NCBI RefSeq assembly: GCF_016433145.1
Contig: NC_058133.1
Coordinates: forward strand, 35,214,492 to 35,278,491
Origin: Gracilinanus agilis
Lineage: Eukaryota
Length of the DNA: 64,000 nucleotides
Direction: 5' to 3'
Every line of letters starts with the position of its first letter. Positions within the stretch are counted from its first letter, which is position 1. Of this stretch, positions 59,810 to 64,000 are shown piece after piece. The position numbers were made by a program, and so were the translations under genes. The notes under the pieces were generated by a model that saw nothing but the letters and a program-made list of their open reading frames with translations, searched no databases and was not told where the DNA came from.

Positions 59810-62030
59810 TTTGGTACTATTTCCTGTTTAAGAGTTCCTGGGAGGATGGATGAAGATCCCTGAAGCCAGGTGGGACTTCGGAGGGCAATTTCTCTTAAAG
59901 GACCATCCGGCCTTCCCCGGCATCCTTCCAGGGATAATCATGGAGGGAGGGTTCTGCTAGCCCTGTGACAATAACAACTGCTTCCTTTTCTAGGGTACAC
60001 TGATCCTCCCAACAACCCTGGGATGCAGGCATGATTGTTACCCCCATTTTATAGAGGAGGAAACTGAGGCAGGCAGAGGTGAACTGACTTGCCTAAGGAA
60101 AGCTACATAGCCAGGAAGTATCTGAGGCTAGACTGGAACTTGGATCTCCCTGATCTGTTGCAGAGTGCCCAGAAGAGGTCCAAGCATAGACTGGTGCTTC
60201 TTAAAGCCTTACTGATTGATTTCCTTCTCAAGCGCTTCAGTCCTTCAAGGATCTGTGACGCTCTGGTGTGGGTAGTCTCTCCCCCAGCACTGATGGCTAC
60301 ATCTCCGAAACAGTGTGTGGTCATTCAGAGTGGCCATTGCTGAGATAATGACTGTCCTGTAGCAGCTCTGGTGATGCTGACCCACAAGCCTTCCCAGGCT
60401 TAGAGAACCTACAGTTCCCTCCACCCTTCCTACCATGCTCTGGTCCTGAGGATTCTGAGGAGCGCTAGTAGCAGTTAACCTCCGCTCCCTCCAAAGTCCT
60501 TCATTGCCATGGACTTGTTCCTCATGAACACTGCTGGATTTGAGGCAGTGTGGCACAACGGGTGGACAAAGGAGTTGGTCCACGGGTGTCCATTTCACTG
60601 ATAGCTCTAAACATGGGCTTCCCATTCAGCGGTCACTTGAGGATGCCAGTTGCTCTCTTAATATCCACAGCCTCAGATTTCTCCCGGAAAGCCCTAGGCA
60701 CACTGTGTTTTGCTTAGAGAAGACAAAGATGTTAGTAAGAATTACTGTTGTCCGTGGGTTAAACCTGGCCTCTGGTTTTGAGCTCAGAGCCTTTACTGTC
60801 TTCTAGGACCCAGGAGAATTTTAGATGTATCACATCCAAATGACATTTTGCTAAAGTTGGAGGAAGTTTCTTTGAGATGTGGGAGCTGCTCAAAGTGCTC
60901 TCGAGTGGAGCTGTACCCCTTGGTGCCATGCACGTACATCCAGGGATTTCCACAACTCCCTCTGACTTGAAGGTCGTACTCATTATTACTCGGGAGTGAC
61001 GAGACTGGATTTATGGCGAGGAAGGACCGTAGTGGGCTGAAGCTGCCTCTGGGGGAGATGCCATACTATATATCAATATTGTTCTTGATGTTATTATATT
61101 GGTCATTTCCATGTAAACGTCAAATACTCTAACAGTCTTGATATGCCTGGCTGTAAAGCTGTGAATAGAAAAACGGTGTGATTATAAGCAAAGGCAGTAT
61201 AAAGGATGGGGTGGCAGCTCATTCAATAATTCCCAGATTGACAAAGAATTGTTCTTTATACTCCCGAGACTTTCTGGGACACCCTTTTTGCTCCTTCATC
61301 AGGATATTGTTTTCTCATGAATGTCGGTAATTTTTTCTAAGAATGCCTCCTGTCGGGTAATAGGGGAGGGGTTGCTGGTGGGCTCCTCTTCTGGCAATCA
61401 ATATAGGATGCCTTCCATCAGGTTTGCAGCAGGGACGAGGCTGGTAATGCTCCACGGGTGAGCCAATAAGTGATAGATCATCTTGGAATCTGTCCCTCAG
61501 TGGCTTGGCAGAGAAGCTCCAGTTTCAATCCTCCCAAGCCGTGGCTTCTCAGACCTCTGGTAGATGATTTCTGAGGGAGGCTGGATTTTTCACTTTTTGC
61601 TGTTCATTTCTTCATCAGTTTGCTTCTCATTCTGGCTTATGGACATGAAGAATGCCTGGCACATTCCCCACATTGTATTCCTCCAGTTCTTTTTTGTGAC
61701 CTTGAATCGTGTGGCCTCTACCTCCCAGGGTGGTGGCAAGGGTCAAATGAGATGCTGTTTGTAAAGACACCCCGTAAATGCTTTAAAAAAAAAAAGAATC
61801 TGCTACTACAGATACCAGAGGTGAGCTTCCAATGTCTTTGCCAAAGGGGGTTCCTGAGTTTTCCCAGGCTGATGGGTGTTTGAGGCTTGTCCTTAGGAGT
61901 ATTTCTAAAGAGCTCCTCCTTCTTCCCTAGGGTCCTTGCCTCGGCAACACCATGTGAGGTCCTGAGATAGTCAAACACTCTCCATCAGACATTGTGGGAG
62001 AAGGTACTGCAACAGCTATATTCCATGATC
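59810..62030 (-). mobile_element. Fossil R4/Dong-clade non-LTR retrotransposon (Mam_R4-like), interrupted by SINEs
   Basis: Manual minus-strand translation gives ENNILMKEQKGCPRKSREYKEQ, GI..RGSFSPL.SFLAINPVS, MYVHG (decayed YVDD) and KMSFGCDTSKIL. The core 60480-61460 is well supported; the ends are tentative. Confidence 0.75.
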
Positions 62031-62039
62031 CCCTACCCT

Positions 62040-62260
62040 TAGGTAGCAAAGTGGACAGAATGTGGAGCCTGGAGTTAGGAAGATCCAAGTTCAAATCTGA
62101 CCTCACACACTAGCTTTATGACCCATGGAAAGTCACTTCACCTCTGTATGCCTTAGTTTCCTCAGCTGTAAAATGGAAATAACACTACCTACACCTCTCA
62201 GGGTTGTTGTGATGATCAAATTTGTAAAATGCCTGATGCACAGTAGGTGTCTGTGAATGT
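62040..62260 (+). mobile_element. MIR SINE
   Basis: ggagttaggaagatccaagttcaaatc...cagtttcctcagctgtaaaatgg. Confidence 0.85.
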
Positions 62261-63353
62261 TTATTTCCCTCTCTTTACTACCACCCCTCCGAATTCTGCA
62301 CTTAAATGTTACCAGAAAGGAGTACTTTCATAGACTTGAAAGAACGGATAGTGACAGTCCTATTGGAAACTGCAAATCCCTATTATAAACAGTTGGCTTT
62401 TCTTTGCAGGATCTTGGCTCCTGGGGGCTGAGAAGCAATCACTCAGTGGGTTACTCTCAAAGCTGTCCTGCTTGTCTGGGATGCCTTCAGTTCCCTTTGA
62501 TGCATTTTGATGACTGACTCTTCCCTCTTTTTTGGGGGAACCCTGAAAAGTGAAATCTTTGCAATAAGTATGCAGAGTCAAGCAAAAGAAATTCCCATTT
62601 CCCATCCTTTCCGTGTCTGAAATGTCGTTCTGGCTTTTGACAACTCTATTTTGGTGGTCAGTCTATTAGCTGAAATGATGCCATTAGACTAAAAAAAAAA
62701 TATTTTTGGAAATTTTTCTCTGAAATAGTTCAATTCACTGAAGAACTTGAAAGATTAAATTGAATAAAATGGAATAATAATGAAATGAAATGGAAATCAC
62801 CTCCTCCTTCCCACAGGATGACTCCACTGGAGTAATCAAGTGGACTGATGAGTCCTTGCTCAGAGCTGTCATATTCCCATTAGTCCCAGCCACACTGCTC
62901 GTTTGCCTCCTCTCCTTCCCAGCTTACTGTCAATCTGTCCCACTTGCCCACTGGCCCTCTTCCCCCCATGCTAGTCCCTTCTCCCCCACTTTCCACCTCT
63001 CTGTACGTGTCGTAAAGCTCCTTGAGGGAAGGGACCATCTTGTTTTTATATCTTCAGCGATTGGCATGGCTTAGCCTGGCATGTAGTAAGTGATGAACAA
63101 ATGGCTGTCTGTATTTGCCACGTGTTCCAGGGCTCTCAATGCCCTTGTGTGTTCAGATTTCAGCCACTCCCTTACTCCCGCCCATGTTTCATCTCAGCTG
63201 GGTCTAGGATTGAAGGGATTTTTAGTAATGAGGATCACCAGCCTCCCTTCCTGCCCAGGTGGGGTGTGTGCGTCATCACCACAGATGGACGGCTACACGG
63301 ATGGATGGAGGCTGGGATGACTTTTCTGGGAGCTCCCTCGAGCACAGACATAC

Positions 63354-63509
63354 CTGGTTCTTTGTCTTCAGAGACTCCATCTCCTGGACAAACTTTTCTG
63401 TCAGCTCCTTGATCTTCTCTGTGTAATTCATATCCTTTAGTCGTAGCTGGTACTCATTTTCCATCTTTAGCTCCTCCACACGAGTCTTCAGTTCCAGCAT
63501 GATCTGAGC
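63354..63509 (-). CDS. CFAP57: CFAP57 exon (156 nt), start of the coiled-coil region
   Basis: ctctacAG|GCT...CAG|GTatgt. Reads [52 protein letters not shown]. Confidence 0.97.
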
Positions 63510-63689
63510 CTGTAGAGGGAGATATCACAGCCTTAGGACAGGCTGTCCTGGGCAATGGGCCCTTGTCTTGGGTGAGGATTGCATTCATTCACGGGGGCAG
63601 CCCTATCCCTGAGGGAAGGGCCCCTGTCTTGTTGTATTAGTTAGCTTCTTCCCCACCATCTGGGTGTCTAACACTCACAGTGCTGGCTT

Positions 63690-64000
63690 TGCTGATGACT
63701 TCTATTATTTATTTTATTTTAATAACAAATTTCCACATAAGTTTTCCAAAGTTATAGGATCCAAATTGGCTCCCTCCTTTCTTCCCTCCTCCCTCCCAGA
63801 GCTGGCAAACTATTCAATCTGGGTTATACATGTATTATCACACAAAACATTTTCACATTATTCATTACTGTAAGTAATAATTTTAAAAAGCCAAAACCCC
63901 CAAACATATACCCAAATAAACAAAAGAAAAACTGTATGCTTTCATCTCTATGCCTATTCCAACACTTCTTTCTCCTAAGTCCCTCGGAATTGTCCTAGAT
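63690..64000 (-). mobile_element. Marsupial L1 3'UTR end
   Basis: T-rich tail, then ataacaaatttccacataagttttccaaagttata...gggttatacatgtattat. Confidence 0.8.

Noticed and set aside
62290-62760. AT-rich block with LLVWDAFSS, reminiscent of pogo/Tigger DDE or more R4 sequence
   Set aside because: A single short motif between stop codons; cannot be assigned without a search.

Overview
Marsupial genomic DNA, most likely an opossum (Monodelphis/didelphid), judged from SINE1_Mdo-like, Mar1/MIR, L2, L3/CR1 and marsupial L1 repeats. It holds the mammalian CFAP57-TMEM125-C1orf210-TIE1 block, reversed relative to the human + strand. Left to right: TIE1 exons 9 (partial) to 1 (minus, 1-9608); C1orf210/TEMP (plus, join 16120-16138,16468-16790, 113 aa); TMEM125 (minus, single coding exon 33889-34575); and the last 11 coding exons of CFAP57/WDR65 (minus, 45351-63509). 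I read all exon boundaries by hand: all are GT-AG and phases are consistent. The rest is mostly nested transposon debris, microsatellites and two N gaps. Most notable: (1) a ~2.2 kb fossil R4/Dong-clade retrotransposon (RT, zinc-knuckle and possible RLE remnants) in a CFAP57 intron, invisible to the ORF track; (2) a GC-box/ETS CpG-rich element ~1 kb upstream of TIE1 with splice donors on both strands and four CAGGTA (ZEB-type) sites, plus a strong-Kozak in-frame ATG at the start of TIE1 exon 2; (3) a hAT MITE with perfect 8-bp TSDs; (4) candidate cryptic, poison or alternative-last exons in CFAP57. Family and ortholog assignments rest on remembered protein motifs, not database searches.
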